Counted from the stretch's first letter, positions 34,345 to 43,411 are shown. The stretch is 64,000 bases of DNA from an uncultured Chloroflexia bacterium (GCA_963783495.1 CAWANT010000006.1:199799-263798); one strand, 5' to 3'. Notes: a model not told the origin generated them from the sequence alone. Made by a program: numbers and translations.

Positions 34345-34698
34345 ATGGCGACCCTGGACGATGCCCACCGGATCGCATCGGCCCTGCCCGAGGCAACGCC
34401 GGACCCCGGCGGGTTCGCCTACCGCGTTGGCGGCAGGCTATTCACCTGGACATGGATGGAGCGCGTCCAGCCCAAGCGTCCACGGGTGGCGAATCCGGAG
34501 GTGATAGCCGTCAGGGTGGCGGACGAGACCGAGAAGCAGGCGATGCTGGCGCTGGATCCTGACGTCTTCTTCACCGAGCCGCACTACGACGGCTACCCGG
34601 CCGTGCTTGTCCGGCTGCCCGCCATCGATGAGGCGCTGCTGGAGACGGTCGTCGGCGACGCCTGGCGGCTGCGAGCGCCGCGGCGGCTCAGCGGGTAG
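34345..34698 (+). CDS. MmcQ/YjbR-family protein
   Basis: Intact 117-aa ORF. The pattern FAYRVGGRLFTW...EPHYDGYPAVLVRL is recalled from the YjbR-like family. Confidence 0.55.
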   Translation: MATLDDAHRIASALPEATPDPGGFAYRVGGRLFTWTWMERVQPKRPRVANPEVIAVRVADETEKQAMLALDPDVFFTEPHYDGYPAVLVRLPAIDEALLETVVGDAWRLRAPRRLSG

Positions 34699-35527
34699 CA
34701 GCCCCGGCGCGGCCGGCGCGACGCGGGTTGTCGGCCACCGCGGCCAACACCGACTTCACCTCGAACGGTGTCAGGCCGCGATGCTTGGCCAGGATCAGGG
34801 CCACCAGACCGGTCACGTGCGGCGCGGCGAAGCTGTTGCCGGTGGCCACCGTGCTGCCGCCGTCCTTCCACGCGATCGGCACGTCGACGCCCCATGCCCC
34901 GAACTCGACCGGCGGCGACGGGTTGTAGTAGAGCCGCCACGGATCGGCCTCGCCATGGGCGGCGACGGAGATGACGGTGGAGAACAGCGACGGATAGCTG
35001 GCGGCCGGCACGTTGTTGGCGGCGCTGACCAGCGGAATGCCGCGGAAGTACGCCTTGTCGACCAGGTCGTGGAAGACGGAGAACATGGCCTCGCTCTTCG
35101 ACGAGAGGCTCAGGTTGAGCACGTCGACGCCGTGGTCGATCGCCCACTCCAGTCCGGCGGCGAAGGCCGCGCCCTTGCCGCGCAGGTCGGACCCGAGCAC
35201 CCGGATGGAGACGAGCTCGACCTCCGGGGCCATCCCCAGGATGATGCCGCCGCAGGCGGTGGCATGGCCGTACATGTCCGCCCCGTCGTCTGGCACCACG
35301 TTGGGCTCCCCGTCGACCAGCTCGATCGCCACGCTCTCGACCACCCTGCCGTTCAGGCGCGGGTGCGAGATCTCCAGGCCACTGTCGACGATGCCGACTC
35401 GGATGCCGGCGCCAGTCGAGCCGCCCCACGCCCAATCGCGGCTGATGCCACGCAGGCGCATGCGGCGGGCAAGGCCCGGGACGTCCGTAAACGGCTCGGA
35501 CCAGGCCGGCAGGTCGAGGCCGCTCAC
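34688..35527 (-). CDS. S8 subtilisin-family serine peptidase without signal peptide
   Basis: Intact 279-aa ORF with the triad contexts VGIVDSGL (Asp), YGHATACGGI (His) and TGNSFAAPHVTG (Ser). The N-terminus is not hydrophobic. Its GTG start overlaps the GAF gene stop (GTGA). Confidence 0.9.
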   Translation of the reverse strand: MSGLDLPAWSEPFTDVPGLARRMRLRGISRDWAWGGSTGAGIRVGIVDSGLEISHPRLNGRVVESVAIELVDGEPNVVPDDGADMYGHATACGGIILGMAPEVELVSIRVLGSDLRGKGAAFAAGLEWAIDHGVDVLNLSLSSKSEAMFSVFHDLVDKAYFRGIPLVSAANNVPAASYPSLFSTVISVAAHGEADPWRLYYNPSPPVEFGAWGVDVPIAWKDGGSTVATGNSFAAPHVTGLVALILAKHRGLTPFEVKSVLAAVADNPRRAGRAGAATR

Positions 35528-36309
35528 CGCCGCCTTGGCGCTCGCTCCGCGTGGCGCGCCACCACGTTCAGGATGTCGGCGACCAGCGTCAGGTCGCGCT
35601 CCCCCAGGGTACGCAGCGCCTCGACGTGGTCGACCAGGTGCCAGAAGGGCGTATCGGCATGGTCGTCCAGGCCGCGGGTCGCGTCGGACACGATGGCGTC
35701 GACCTGCTCGGTGGTCAGGCTCTCATCGCCGATGTGCTCCAGGATGTGGGTCATCAGGCGCGCCGTCCCACGCTGCACGCGCGTGGCCGTGATGGCGGCC
35801 GTGGCCTGCGCGGCGAAGACGGCCAGCAGCTCCATATCGCGCAGCGAGAAGCTCTCCAGGCCATTCTTGTCGAGGACCTGGAGCACGCCGATGGTGCCCT
35901 CCTCGTCATAGAGGGGCACGGCCGCAACCGAGCGCGGCACGTAGCCGGTCCGCTCCGCCGCCTTGCGATCGAAACGCGGGTCGGAGGCGACGTCGGTGAG
36001 CGACACCGCCTGGCCGGTGGAAAAGACGAAGCCGGCGATGCCCTCGTTCGGCTTGACGGTCAGGCCGACCGCGCCGGCGCCGTGCTCGCCGGCCGCAACC
36101 CGGTATTCCAGGCGGTCCGGGTCGCGCTCGAACAGAGCGATCGACGACGCCTCGGCGTCGAACAGGCTGACGGTGGCGTCGACGATCGACTGGAGCAGCT
36201 TCTGCTCCACCGGGCCCTGCAGACCGCGGGCAACGACAGACCGCCGGGCCACCGCCTTCAGGGCGGCGACCGCGGCGGTCAGATTCGCGTCAGGAGGCCG
36301 TTCAGGCAC
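35524..36309 (-). CDS. GAF-domain protein
   Basis: Intact 261-aa ORF with a GAF-like core (LLQSIVDATVSLFDAEASSIALFERD...GIAGFVFSTGQAVSLTDVASDPRF...VAAVPLYDEEGTIGVLQVLDK) and a helical tail of about 90 aa. GTG start. Confidence 0.85.
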   Translation of the reverse strand: MPERPPDANLTAAVAALKAVARRSVVARGLQGPVEQKLLQSIVDATVSLFDAEASSIALFERDPDRLEYRVAAGEHGAGAVGLTVKPNEGIAGFVFSTGQAVSLTDVASDPRFDRKAAERTGYVPRSVAAVPLYDEEGTIGVLQVLDKNGLESFSLRDMELLAVFAAQATAAITATRVQRGTARLMTHILEHIGDESLTTEQVDAIVSDATRGLDDHADTPFWHLVDHVEALRTLGERDLTLVADILNVVARHAERAPRRR

Positions 36310-36481
36310 CCCGCTGGTGGTAGTGCCCTTCGGTGTCGCTGTCGTCCTCGGTCACTGAAATGTCGTCCGACAACGAAGAACCAGGCAGATGCTTGTGGCC
36401 CTCGGTGTCGTCTTCCGGCGTCGCCGGATACGGCAGCTTCTTATGTCCCTCGGTGTCCTTCGGGTCCTGATCTTCTCCCAT
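36302..36481 (-). CDS. small acidic His-containing repeat protein (59 aa; below the ORF-track cut-off)
   Basis: My reverse-strand translation from the ATG at 36481 is MGEDQDPKDTEGHKKLPYPATPEDDTEGHKHLPGSSLSDDISVTEDDSDTEGHYHQRGA*. GAGGTGAT lies 6 nt upstream. Third-codon positions are mostly G/C. The TGA overlaps the GTG of the GAF gene (GTGCCTGA). Confidence 0.55.
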   Translation of the reverse strand: MGEDQDPKDTEGHKKLPYPATPEDDTEGHKHLPGSSLSDDISVTEDDSDTEGHYHQRGA

Positions 36482-36602
36482 TGCCCCATCACCTCTTCTG
36501 TCATGTCGGTCGCCATCGGGGCGTCCGTTGGCGTGAACCTTATATCCCCCGCCGCCTTGCGAATAGCCCTATTGTGACGCTCAATCTATCGGTTGCGCGA
36601 CA

Positions 36603-37286
36603 CTATTTTTTCTTCGGCTCCGGCTCGCCGGCCGCGTCGGCCTCGTGCGCCTCTTCGGCGGTGGGCATGGTGCCGGCCGCGGCCTGGGCCATGCTGATCA
36701 GCGATTCGGTGTTGCCCGCAAAGACCTCGTCGATGACGCCGTATGCCTTTGCCTCGTCCGCGCTCATGAAGTAATCGCGCTCGGAGTCGCGCCGGACCTT
36801 CTCGTACTCCTGCCCGGAGTGATCGGCCAGGATATGTATCAGCCGATCCGTCAGGTGCAGCATCTCCTTGACCTGGATCTCGACATCCGGCGTGTTACCG
36901 CGGAAGCCGCCCGAGCCCTGGTGGATCATGATTCGGCTGTTCGGCAATGCGTAGCGCTTGCCTTTCGCGCCCGCCGCCAGCAGCACCGCACCCATCGAGG
37001 CGGCCTGGCCGATGCAGATGGTGCTGACCGGTGCCTTCAGGTACTGGATCGTGTCGTAGATGGCCAGGCCGCTGGTGACGACGCCGCCCGGCGAGTTCAC
37101 GTAGAGGCTGATGTCCTTCTCCGGGTCCTCCGACTCAAGGAACAGCAGCTGGGCAATGACCAGGTTGGCGATGTGGTCCTCGATGGTGTCGCCCAGGAAG
37201 ATGATTCGCTCCTTGAGCAGGCGCGAATAGATGTCGAAGGCCCGCTCGCCGCGGGCGCTCGACTCGATGACCATGGGGACCAGCAT
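36603..37286 (-). CDS. clpP: ATP-dependent Clp protease proteolytic subunit
   Basis: Intact 227-aa ORF with [24 protein letters not shown] (Ser) and [10 protein letters not shown] (His), plus an acidic/Lys C-terminal extension. Confidence 0.95.
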   Translation of the reverse strand: MLVPMVIESSARGERAFDIYSRLLKERIIFLGDTIEDHIANLVIAQLLFLESEDPEKDISLYVNSPGGVVTSGLAIYDTIQYLKAPVSTICIGQAASMGAVLLAAGAKGKRYALPNSRIMIHQGSGGFRGNTPDVEIQVKEMLHLTDRLIHILADHSGQEYEKVRRDSERDYFMSADEAKAYGVIDEVFAGNTESLISMAQAAAGTMPTAEEAHEADAAGEPEPKKK

Positions 37287-37292
37287 GTTCGT

Positions 37293-38651
37293 CTACTCCT
37301 GGGTGGGCTCGGGGTCCGCCTCTTCGGCCGATGGTGCCGCCTCCGCGGCTGGCGCATCGGTGCCGAGGGCGCGATCGATCAACGTGTCAACCAGTTTACG
37401 GTTGCGCAGCGTCATCCGCAGGTAGCTGCGACCGCGCCGCGAGGTCAGGTACTCGGTGAGCTTCGGGTCGTTCCCGTACCGCTCCAGCTGCTCGTCGATC
37501 TCCGCCTGGACATCCTCGGGCGTGGCGTCGACCCCCTCCTTCTCGGCGATGGCCGACAGCACCAGCAGCACCTTCACTCGCCGTGAGGCTGGCTCGCGCA
37601 GCTCGGTCGCCAGCTCCTCCGGCGTCTGCTTCGCCAGGGCCAGGTACTGGTCAAGGCCGATGCGCTGGGCGGCGAGCCGGCTTCGCAGCTCGTCGCGCAT
37701 GATCTCGATCTCGTTGGCGATCATCACTTCCGGCAGCTCGACCGTGGCGTTCGAGGCCGCGAAGTCGATGATCCGGTCCGCGAAGGCGTGACGCGCATCG
37801 TCCTGCGCGCGGCGCCCCAGCGCGTCGCGGATCTCCGCCCGCAGCTCATCGACGGTGGCCGCCTCGCTCACGCTCGTGGCGAACTCGTCGTCCACTTCGG
37901 GCAGCAGGCGTTCGCGCAGATCGAGCATGGTCACCTCGAAGTGAGCCGCCTTGCCCTGGAGGTCCTCGACCCGATAGTCGTCGGGGAAGGTGATGTCGAA
38001 GCCCTTCGTCTCCTCGATCGTCATGCCGACCAGGTTGGCCTCCCAGCCGGGGATCATGCGGTCCTCGCCGATCACCAGCGGCAGACGATCGGCGGAGCCG
38101 CCCTCGAACGGTTCGTTGTCGATGGTGCCGACGAACTTGACCGCCGCCACGTCTCCCTCCGCCGCCGAACGGTCGTCGATCGGCCGCAGGGTGGCCTGCT
38201 CCTGGCGGAGCTCGGTGATGACGCCCTCGACCTGCTCATCGGTCACGTCCGGCACTTCCAGCGAGAAGGGGTAGCCCGTGTAGGCGCCCAGCGTCACCTC
38301 CGGCCGGACGGCCACGGTGGCGGTGAAGCGCACCGGCTGGCCTTCCGCCACCACGGCCGGGTCGATATCGACCTCGGGCTGGTCGATGGGCATGATGGTG
38401 ATCTGGTCCAGGGCGGCGTCGTACGAGTCGCTGACCAGGTGGTCGATCGCCTCGGCAACGATCGCGCCGCGTCCGACGAACCGGTCGATCACGTGGCGCG
38501 GCGCCTTGCCCGGGCGGAAGCCGGGCACCTTCGTGCGCTCGGCGACATGGCGGTAGGCGGTGGCGAAGTGGCGGTCGACCTCGGGGGCCGGGACCTCGAT
38601 GTCGAGCTGGACGCGCGATCCGGGCTGCGGGTTGGACGAGACAGTGACCAT
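37293..38651 (-). CDS. tig: trigger factor
   Basis: In ORF 37293..38708 the internal ATG gives MVTVSSNPQPGSRVQLDIEVP and VPGFRPGKAPRHVIDRFVG. It sits in the tig-clpP-clpX neighbourhood. Confidence 0.93.
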   Translation of the reverse strand: MVTVSSNPQPGSRVQLDIEVPAPEVDRHFATAYRHVAERTKVPGFRPGKAPRHVIDRFVGRGAIVAEAIDHLVSDSYDAALDQITIMPIDQPEVDIDPAVVAEGQPVRFTATVAVRPEVTLGAYTGYPFSLEVPDVTDEQVEGVITELRQEQATLRPIDDRSAAEGDVAAVKFVGTIDNEPFEGGSADRLPLVIGEDRMIPGWEANLVGMTIEETKGFDITFPDDYRVEDLQGKAAHFEVTMLDLRERLLPEVDDEFATSVSEAATVDELRAEIRDALGRRAQDDARHAFADRIIDFAASNATVELPEVMIANEIEIMRDELRSRLAAQRIGLDQYLALAKQTPEELATELREPASRRVKVLLVLSAIAEKEGVDATPEDVQAEIDEQLERYGNDPKLTEYLTSRRGRSYLRMTLRNRKLVDTLIDRALGTDAPAAEAAPSAEEADPEPTQE

Positions 38652-38666
38652 GAAGCTCCTGATGCG

Positions 38667-38750
38667 TGGTGGGCGAGGCGAGATTCGAACTCGCACGTCT
38701 TGCGACACCGGCTCCTAAGGCCGGCGCGTCTGCCGTTCCGCCACTCGCCC
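38667..38750 (-). tRNA. tRNA-Leu (anticodon UAG)
   Basis: The reverse strand reads GGGCGAGTGGCGGAACGGCAGACGCGCCGGCCTTAGGAGCCGGTGTCGCAAGACGTGCGAGTTCGAATCTCGCCTCGCCCACCA. It folds by hand as a cloverleaf with a long variable arm, anticodon loop CUUAGGA and an encoded CCA. Confidence 0.9.
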
Positions 38751-38796
38751 TCAGCGCCGGCGGATGCCGTCGCTGGAGTCTAGCGGCTGCCGACCG

Positions 38797-39492
38797 CTAG
38801 GGGTTCCGCGACGATAGGCTCGAGTAGCCTGCGCCCGGATCGGCGGCCGTGGTCTTGGCCGGCTTGCCCGCCGTGTCCGCCGTGGTTGTGGCCTTCTTGT
38901 CGGCCGGGGCGGATGGCGCCGCAGCGCCGGCGGACATCGGCGCGGCGACCGTGGCCGGTCGGAATGGTCCCTCGCCGGTGATCAGGGCCTCGATCGCCTT
39001 GCGGGCAAGAGCGGCCGCAATGAGCCCCGCCGCCGTCTCGGCGGCCTTCCAGGCCGTCCGCGATGGCCCCGGCGGCCCATCGACCATGGCGCGGGCCAGC
39101 TCCTTGCGCGCCTTCTTGTCCTTGATCGGCTCGCGCCGCCAGCGCCCCAATTCCTCGACCAGCGCATCGCGTGCCTTCTGGGCCTTGGGCCCGGACCCAC
39201 TCACCAGCATGTCGACCCAGGCCTGCATCGGCGACGGCAGGGCGTCGTAGGCCTGCTCGGCGGCGGATGGATTCACGCGGCGCTTGGCGAAGCGGAACAC
39301 CAGGGCCGGCCCGCCGGCCAGCAGGAAGACGGCGCCGACGCCAATGCCGACAAAGAGAAGCGGGTTTTCGCGGAAGCGGGCCTTCACGTCGAGCGCGTGG
39401 CGAACGCGCGCGTCCAACTCCGACGCCGTGCGCTCGTTGTCGGCACGCCGAGCGGCGATCTCTACCCGCGTTTCAGCAAGCGTTTCGCCCAC
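38797..39492 (-). CDS. DUF3618-like membrane protein
   Basis: Intact 231-aa ORF: N-terminal helical region (ETRVEIAARRADNERTASELDARV), one TM (LLFVGIGVGAVFLLAGG) and an Ala/Lys/Thr-rich tail. It overlaps the upstream holin-like gene by 31 nt. Confidence 0.5.
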   Translation of the reverse strand: MGETLAETRVEIAARRADNERTASELDARVRHALDVKARFRENPLLFVGIGVGAVFLLAGGPALVFRFAKRRVNPSAAEQAYDALPSPMQAWVDMLVSGSGPKAQKARDALVEELGRWRREPIKDKKARKELARAMVDGPPGPSRTAWKAAETAAGLIAAALARKAIEALITGEGPFRPATVAAPMSAGAAAPSAPADKKATTTADTAGKPAKTTAADPGAGYSSLSSRNP

Positions 39493-39866
39493 TCGATGTC
39501 CTCCTTCACCGCTTCGATTGTCTCCTCGGGCGCCCCGACGCGAATCCTCTTGGATCCGATGTAGGCGAGCGTGGCTCCGACGCCCACCAGCACGATCAGC
39601 GATATCAGCGCGGTTACCCAGCGGGGCAGGCCGGTGAGCAGGGTGATGGCCTCGACCAGCAGGATGAGCAGCACCATCAGCGCCATGAACAACAGGCCGC
39701 CGGCGATACCCAGCAGGAGCGCACCCTGCTTGGTGTCGTCGACCATCTGGCCGAGCTCCTGCCGGCCGCGGGTCGCCTCCAGGCGCCCCAGCTCAAGGAC
39801 CCCGTTGATGAGCCGGCGGGCAAGGCCGATCATGCTCTGCCGCGGCTCGGGGGACTGCGTCATCAA
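39462..39866 (-). CDS. phage-holin-family (Holin-X-like) membrane protein
   Basis: Intact 134-aa ORF with two long TM helices (LLLGIAGGLLFMALMVLLILLV; ALISLIVLVGVGATLAYI). The family call is by recall of the holin-X plus DUF3618 pairing. Confidence 0.55.
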   Translation of the reverse strand: MMTQSPEPRQSMIGLARRLINGVLELGRLEATRGRQELGQMVDDTKQGALLLGIAGGLLFMALMVLLILLVEAITLLTGLPRWVTALISLIVLVGVGATLAYIGSKRIRVGAPEETIEAVKEDIEWAKRLLKRG

Positions 39867-39984
39867 CCGCTCCCTGGGTGTTCCGGGCCTGCGCTCAGCG
39901 GCAGGCGGGAGTTGATTCTAGCAAGCGGTCAGACCCATCCCGCCGAACGCGCCTCGCGTGGCCCTCGGCTATCCTGTCGCGCCA

Positions 39985-40617
39985 ATGGCCACCAAGCGAC
40001 GGACCGCGGGCGTGCAGCGCCGGGGTCGAGCGAGCGATACGGCGATGCAGCGCCGCCTGAATCAGCGCGGCGGCGCGGTGCCCATCGACTGGCGGCTGCT
40101 GGTGGTGGGGGGCGTGTTGGTGCTGGGCGTGATCGTGCTCATCATCGTGCTCGTCTTCGGTGGGGGGTCGGCGGCGCGGGTCGGCGTCCAGCAGGTCGAT
40201 GATGGCGGCGGCCACATTCAGGACGGCACCGTCGGTGGGCCGTACAGCAGCGTGCCAGCGACGTCCGGCCAGCACTGGACGACGCCCGCCAACTGGGGCG
40301 TGTACACGACCGACAATCCGGCAGTCGAGTCGCAGGTCATCCACAACCTGGAGCATGGCGGCATCGTGATCTGGTACCAGTCCACGGCCACCCAGGAGGA
40401 CATCGATCAACTGACCCAGTTCACGGAGCAGGCGCTCAACTCGGCCAACCACAAGGTGATCCTGTCGCCGTGGACTGGAGAGGACTTCGGCCATCCCATA
40501 GCCGTGACCGCGTGGGACTGGATGCTCTACCTGGACAGCGCCGACATCGACCAGGTCCGGGCCTTCCAGGACGACCACCCGGCGAGCGATGCGCCGGAGC
40601 CATTCGGCGGTCCGTAG
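39985..40617 (+). CDS. DUF3105 domain protein
   Basis: In ORF 39958..40617 the internal start is MATKRRTAGV. One TM is followed by SGQHWTTPANWGVYT...VIHNLEHGGIVIWY...ILSPW...PIAVTAWDW. Confidence 0.65.
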   Translation: MATKRRTAGVQRRGRASDTAMQRRLNQRGGAVPIDWRLLVVGGVLVLGVIVLIIVLVFGGGSAARVGVQQVDDGGGHIQDGTVGGPYSSVPATSGQHWTTPANWGVYTTDNPAVESQVIHNLEHGGIVIWYQSTATQEDIDQLTQFTEQALNSANHKVILSPWTGEDFGHPIAVTAWDWMLYLDSADIDQVRAFQDDHPASDAPEPFGGP

Positions 40618-40654
40618 GCATCGGTCCTGAACGGATGTGAGAGGGCGTGAGGGT

Positions 40655-40684
40655 TTGACCCTGCCCGGGCGCTTCCGGCATCAT
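40655..40684 (+). promoter_or_regulatory. possible sigma70-type promoter in front of the truncated tRNA-Lys copy
   Basis: TTGACC (40655-40660), an 18-nt spacer, then CATCAT (40679-40684). The tRNA-like 5' end follows 7 nt later at 40692. Confidence 0.3.
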
Positions 40685-40691
40685 TTCCCGC

Positions 40692-40728
40692 GGGCGGCTA
40701 GCTCAACGGCAGAGCAAGTGACTCTTAA
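40692..40728 (+). repeat. exact copy of the 5' 37 nt of tRNA-Lys (att-like direct repeat / pseudo-tRNA)
   Basis: GGGCGGCTAGCTCAACGGCAGAGCAAGTGACTCTTAA is identical to 45516-45552. Identity ends in the anticodon loop. Downstream only weakly resembles a T-arm (GATCGAACCGCTG vs GTTCGAATCCCTG). Confidence 0.9.
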
Positions 40729-40814
40729 GCATCCCCGATCGAACCGCTGTGGTCGCTGAGCGTGGCGACTGGAGCGAAAGCCGTCTCAGTTATAGGCTCG
40801 ATTCGTGATCCGCC

Positions 40815-41761
40815 TTGGGTGAGACAGGACTCCACGTCGTCGCCGGAATCGGCGCGGTCGGCCGTGCCGTCGTCGGTGAGCTCGTAGCGCGAGGACTTAC
40901 TGCGCGAGCCGTCGCGCGCCATCAGGCGTCCGCCTTGCCCGCCGAGGTCGAGCTGGTCGAGGCTGACCTGGCGGACCCGTCATCTGCCGCGCTGCCCTTG
41001 CCGGCGCGACCGTCGTCTACCACGCCGCATCTGCGCCGTACGATCGCTGGCCAGCCCTCCTGCCGGCGCTCATGACGGGCATCCTCGATGGCGCTGCCGC
41101 GACCGGTGCCCGAGTCGTCTACGCCGACAACCTCTACGCCTACGGCCCGGTCGCCGGACGACTGACCGAAGACCTTCCGTATCGGGCGACGGGACCAAAC
41201 GGCCGCGTCCGGGCAGCCCTTGCCGACGAGCTGATGGCGGCGCACGCGGCCGGCCGCGTCCGGGCGACGATCGGTCGGGCGTCGGACTACTACGGTCCGT
41301 GGGGCCGCCAGTCGACCGCAGGCGACCGCCTCTTCCTGCCAGCCCTCGCCGGGAAGCCGGCGCAGGTCCTCGGCGATCCGGACCAGCCCCACACGTTCAC
41401 GTACCTCGCTGACTTCGCTCGGGCGCTGGTGACCCTTGGCACGGACGAACGCGCGCTCGGCGAGGTGTGGCACGTGCCGAGCGCGGAGACAGTAACGACC
41501 CGGGAGTTCGTGAGCCTGGTCTACGAGGTGGCTGGTCATCCGGCGCAACTACGCGTGCTGCCCTCGGTGCTCCTGGCCGGCCTCGCGCTCGTCAGCCCGA
41601 TGCTCCGTGCGGTCCGCGAGCAGCAGTACCAGCGGGTCGCGCCGTGGGTCGTCGACCACGCCAAGTTCGAGAGCGCGTTCGGGACAACCGTGACGCCCCA
41701 CCGCGAGGCGATCCGCACGACGCTCGACTGGTTCGCCAGCAGCGCCGGGTCATCCTCCTAA
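40815..41761 (+). CDS. NAD(P)-dependent epimerase/dehydratase-type SDR oxidoreductase (one frame break ~40985)
   Basis: ORF 40815..41075 (HVVAGIGAVGRAVVGELVARG, Rossmann fold) joins ORF 41072..41761 (VVYADNLYAYGP...GRASDYYGP...TFTYLADFARALV). Confidence 0.75.
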
Positions 41762-41820
41762 GGCCGGCGACGCCAGCCGCTCGTCGTCCTCGCGGATATG
41801 GTCACGCTGCCACGGAGCGG
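41762..41820 (+). repeat. island repeat R1
   Basis: GGCCGGCGACGCCAGCCGCTCGTCGTCCTCGCGGATATGGTCACGCTGCCACGGAGCGG. It starts 1 nt after the TAA stop of the SDR gene. Confidence 0.85.
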
Positions 41821-41905
41821 CAGCCGAGGTCACCGGCGACGCCAGGGCTTGCTGGCCGTCTATCCGCGCTGCGGTATCGCCGTGGCCGTAGGCAGCTCTC
41901 TGGCC

Positions 41906-42387
41906 TCAGAGACTGACCCTGATCTTGGTCTCGCAATCATCGTATACGATGTCGTTGGGACCGTAATAGGTGACGTCGGCACCATCGCCGCACATAACAA
42001 AGTCGACGTCGCCATCGCCGCCAGATAGATCGTGTCGTCACCGGGGCCGCCGTTGTTTCCGTCACGCCCATCACCCGGCCGGAGAATGTCATTCCCGCGA
42101 CCGCCGATGAGACTATCTTCGCCGGCGTTGCCGTAGAGCGTGTCATGGCCGACGAATCCCCGAACGCGGTCGTTTCCCGGGCCTCCGTACAGAGTGTCGG
42201 CCCCACCGAAGCCTTCGACGATGTCTCGCCCGCCGAGGCCGCGGATGATGTCACGCTGTCCCGTTCCATACAGCGAATCTCCGGAATCAGTTCCGATGAT
42301 CACGGCTGCCGCGACAGGCCCGGTAGCGACTAACACCAGGCAGGCGCCAAGGCTCACGGAGTACAGAAGTCGCCGCAGTAGGTTCAC
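41906..42387 (-). CDS. secreted calcium-binding (RTX/hemolysin-type) repeat protein (one frame break ~42022)
   Basis: ORF 41860..42387 has a signal-like N-terminus (MNLLRRLLYSVSLGACLVLVATGPVAAA) followed by GxGxD-type nonapeptides (LYGTGQRDIIRGLGGRDIVEGFGGADTLYGGPGNDRV...). After the break my reading gives GGDGDVDFVMCGDGADVTYYGPNDIVYDDCETKIRVSL*. Confidence 0.7.
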
Positions 42388-42462
42388 GGGTGTACCTCAG
42401 ATTGTTTCGAGGGATCGAGTATCAACTGAGTCCCCTGCGGAAGGACTGCGGCGCGCGTGACG

Positions 42463-42507
42463 GGCCGGCGACGCCAGCCGCTCACCATCCTGGGGTGGCT
42501 CCTCAGG
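42463..42507 (+). repeat. island repeat R2
   Basis: GGCCGGCGACGCCAGCCGCTCACCATCCTGGGGTGGCTCCTCAGG. Confidence 0.85.
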
Positions 42508-42547
42508 TCCTGTTCCCGATGACTGCTCGCCGTGCTAGCGTCCGGCG

Positions 42548-42824
42548 ATGCCATTGCTGCCCCGCGATCGGTGGTCGGCCGCTAGGGCCATCTGGTTGAG
42601 CGCGGGTGTCCTCGCCGTCGCCCTGGCCGTCGGGCTCCTGTTCTTCCGGCCGAACCTGACCCGCTTCAGCCAGTGCGATGGCTATCTCCCGGGGTGGATG
42701 CTCGGCAGCAGGACTACCAGGGTGGAGGGTGCGCGGAGGCGCTGCCGTCGGACGAGGCCGCCGCTGACGCCGACTGGACGCTGTATTGCCTCGGGTATTG
42801 CACCGGACCGTTCTACCAACCGTA
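42548..42824 (+). CDS. small membrane-anchored Cys-containing protein (one frame break ~42690)
   Basis: ORF 42548..42910 opens MPLLPRDRWSAARAIWLSAGVLAVALAVGLLFF...FSQCDGYLPG. After a shift my reading gives VDARQQDYQGGGCAEALPSDEAAADADWTLYCLGYCTGPFYQP*, stopping at 42822-42824. Confidence 0.45.
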
Positions 42825-42850
42825 GAAGGCAGGGCGCCGAGTTAGGGCGG

Positions 42851-42900
42851 GGCCGGCGACGCCAGCCGCTCACCATCCACGGATGGCCACGGCACGGAGC
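42851..42900 (+). repeat. island repeat R3
   Basis: GGCCGGCGACGCCAGCCGCTCACCATCCACGGATGGCCACGGCACGGAGC. Confidence 0.85.
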
Positions 42901-42914
42901 CTCAGACTAGCGGT

Positions 42915-43253
42915 ATGCAGATCGGCGATTGGCGGGGCACGACGCGCAAGCTATGGCGCCTGTTCCTGCGCGAGCTGCCGATCATGCTGGGAATATGGCT
43001 CGTGGTAGGTATCGGCCTAGCCGTTTATGGCTATCTCCAGGGCGAGTCGATTGGCGATGCGCTGCGCACGGCCCTCGTGTTCCTACCGCTGGCGGTCCCA
43101 CTGTCCCCGGTCCTCTGGCTACACCATGAACACCAAGCGCGGCGACCGAGCGCCCTGCCGGCGATCGGGCTGGGCTGCCTTTGGGCCCTCGTGACCCTGC
43201 CCCTGGCCGTCGCGACAGCTGTAGGCATCGCCAACCTGCTGGGCGTCGAGTGA
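42915..43253 (+). CDS. hypothetical multi-TM membrane protein
   Basis: Intact 112-aa ORF with three hydrophobic spans (IMLGIWLVVGIGLAVYGYL; ALVFLPLAVPLSPVLWL; LGCLWALVTLPLAVATAVGIANLL). Confidence 0.55.
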   Translation: MQIGDWRGTTRKLWRLFLRELPIMLGIWLVVGIGLAVYGYLQGESIGDALRTALVFLPLAVPLSPVLWLHHEHQARRPSALPAIGLGCLWALVTLPLAVATAVGIANLLGVE

Positions 43254-43276
43254 ATCGCCGATTACGTGGGGGCCGG

Positions 43277-43337
43277 GGCCGGCGACGCCAGCCGCTCGCC
43301 GTCTTGGCGGCATGGTCACGCTGCCACGGAGCGCCGG
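43277..43337 (+). repeat. island repeat R4
   Basis: GGCCGGCGACGCCAGCCGCTCGCCGTCTTGGCGGCATGGTCACGCTGCCACGGAGCGCCGG. The outer GGCCGGCG / CGCCGG ends are inverted. Confidence 0.85.
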
Positions 43338-43411
43338 GCCTGGTCGATGCTGGTGGCCGCTTACTGGCGGCATTCCGCCAAGCTGTAGCCTGTTCGTGTT
43401 TCGTCTATTGG

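Noticed and set aside
36389-36577. Plus-strand 62-aa ORF and an Arg-rich alternative minus-strand frame (MATDMTEEVMGQWEKIRTRRTPRD...) overlapping the DTEGH peptide ORF
   Set aside because: The plus-strand ORF is antisense, with poor third-position G/C. The Arg-rich frame lacks the repeat logic, has weaker codon bias, and does not couple to the GAF start. The DTEGH frame is therefore preferred, though still unproven.
40725-40922. 65-aa minus-strand ORF at the left edge of the island
   Set aside because: It overlaps the start of the SDR gene in antisense and begins inside the tRNA-derived repeat. It has no motif or ribosome-binding site.
42841-42848. Canonical integron attC core (GTTRRRY / RYYYAAC) in the island repeats
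   Set aside because: A GTTAGGG lies just upstream of R3, but the other four copies have no equivalent and no matching inverse core at the far end. The repeats are therefore not classical attC sites. Only the looser cassette-like analogy is kept as a hypothesis.
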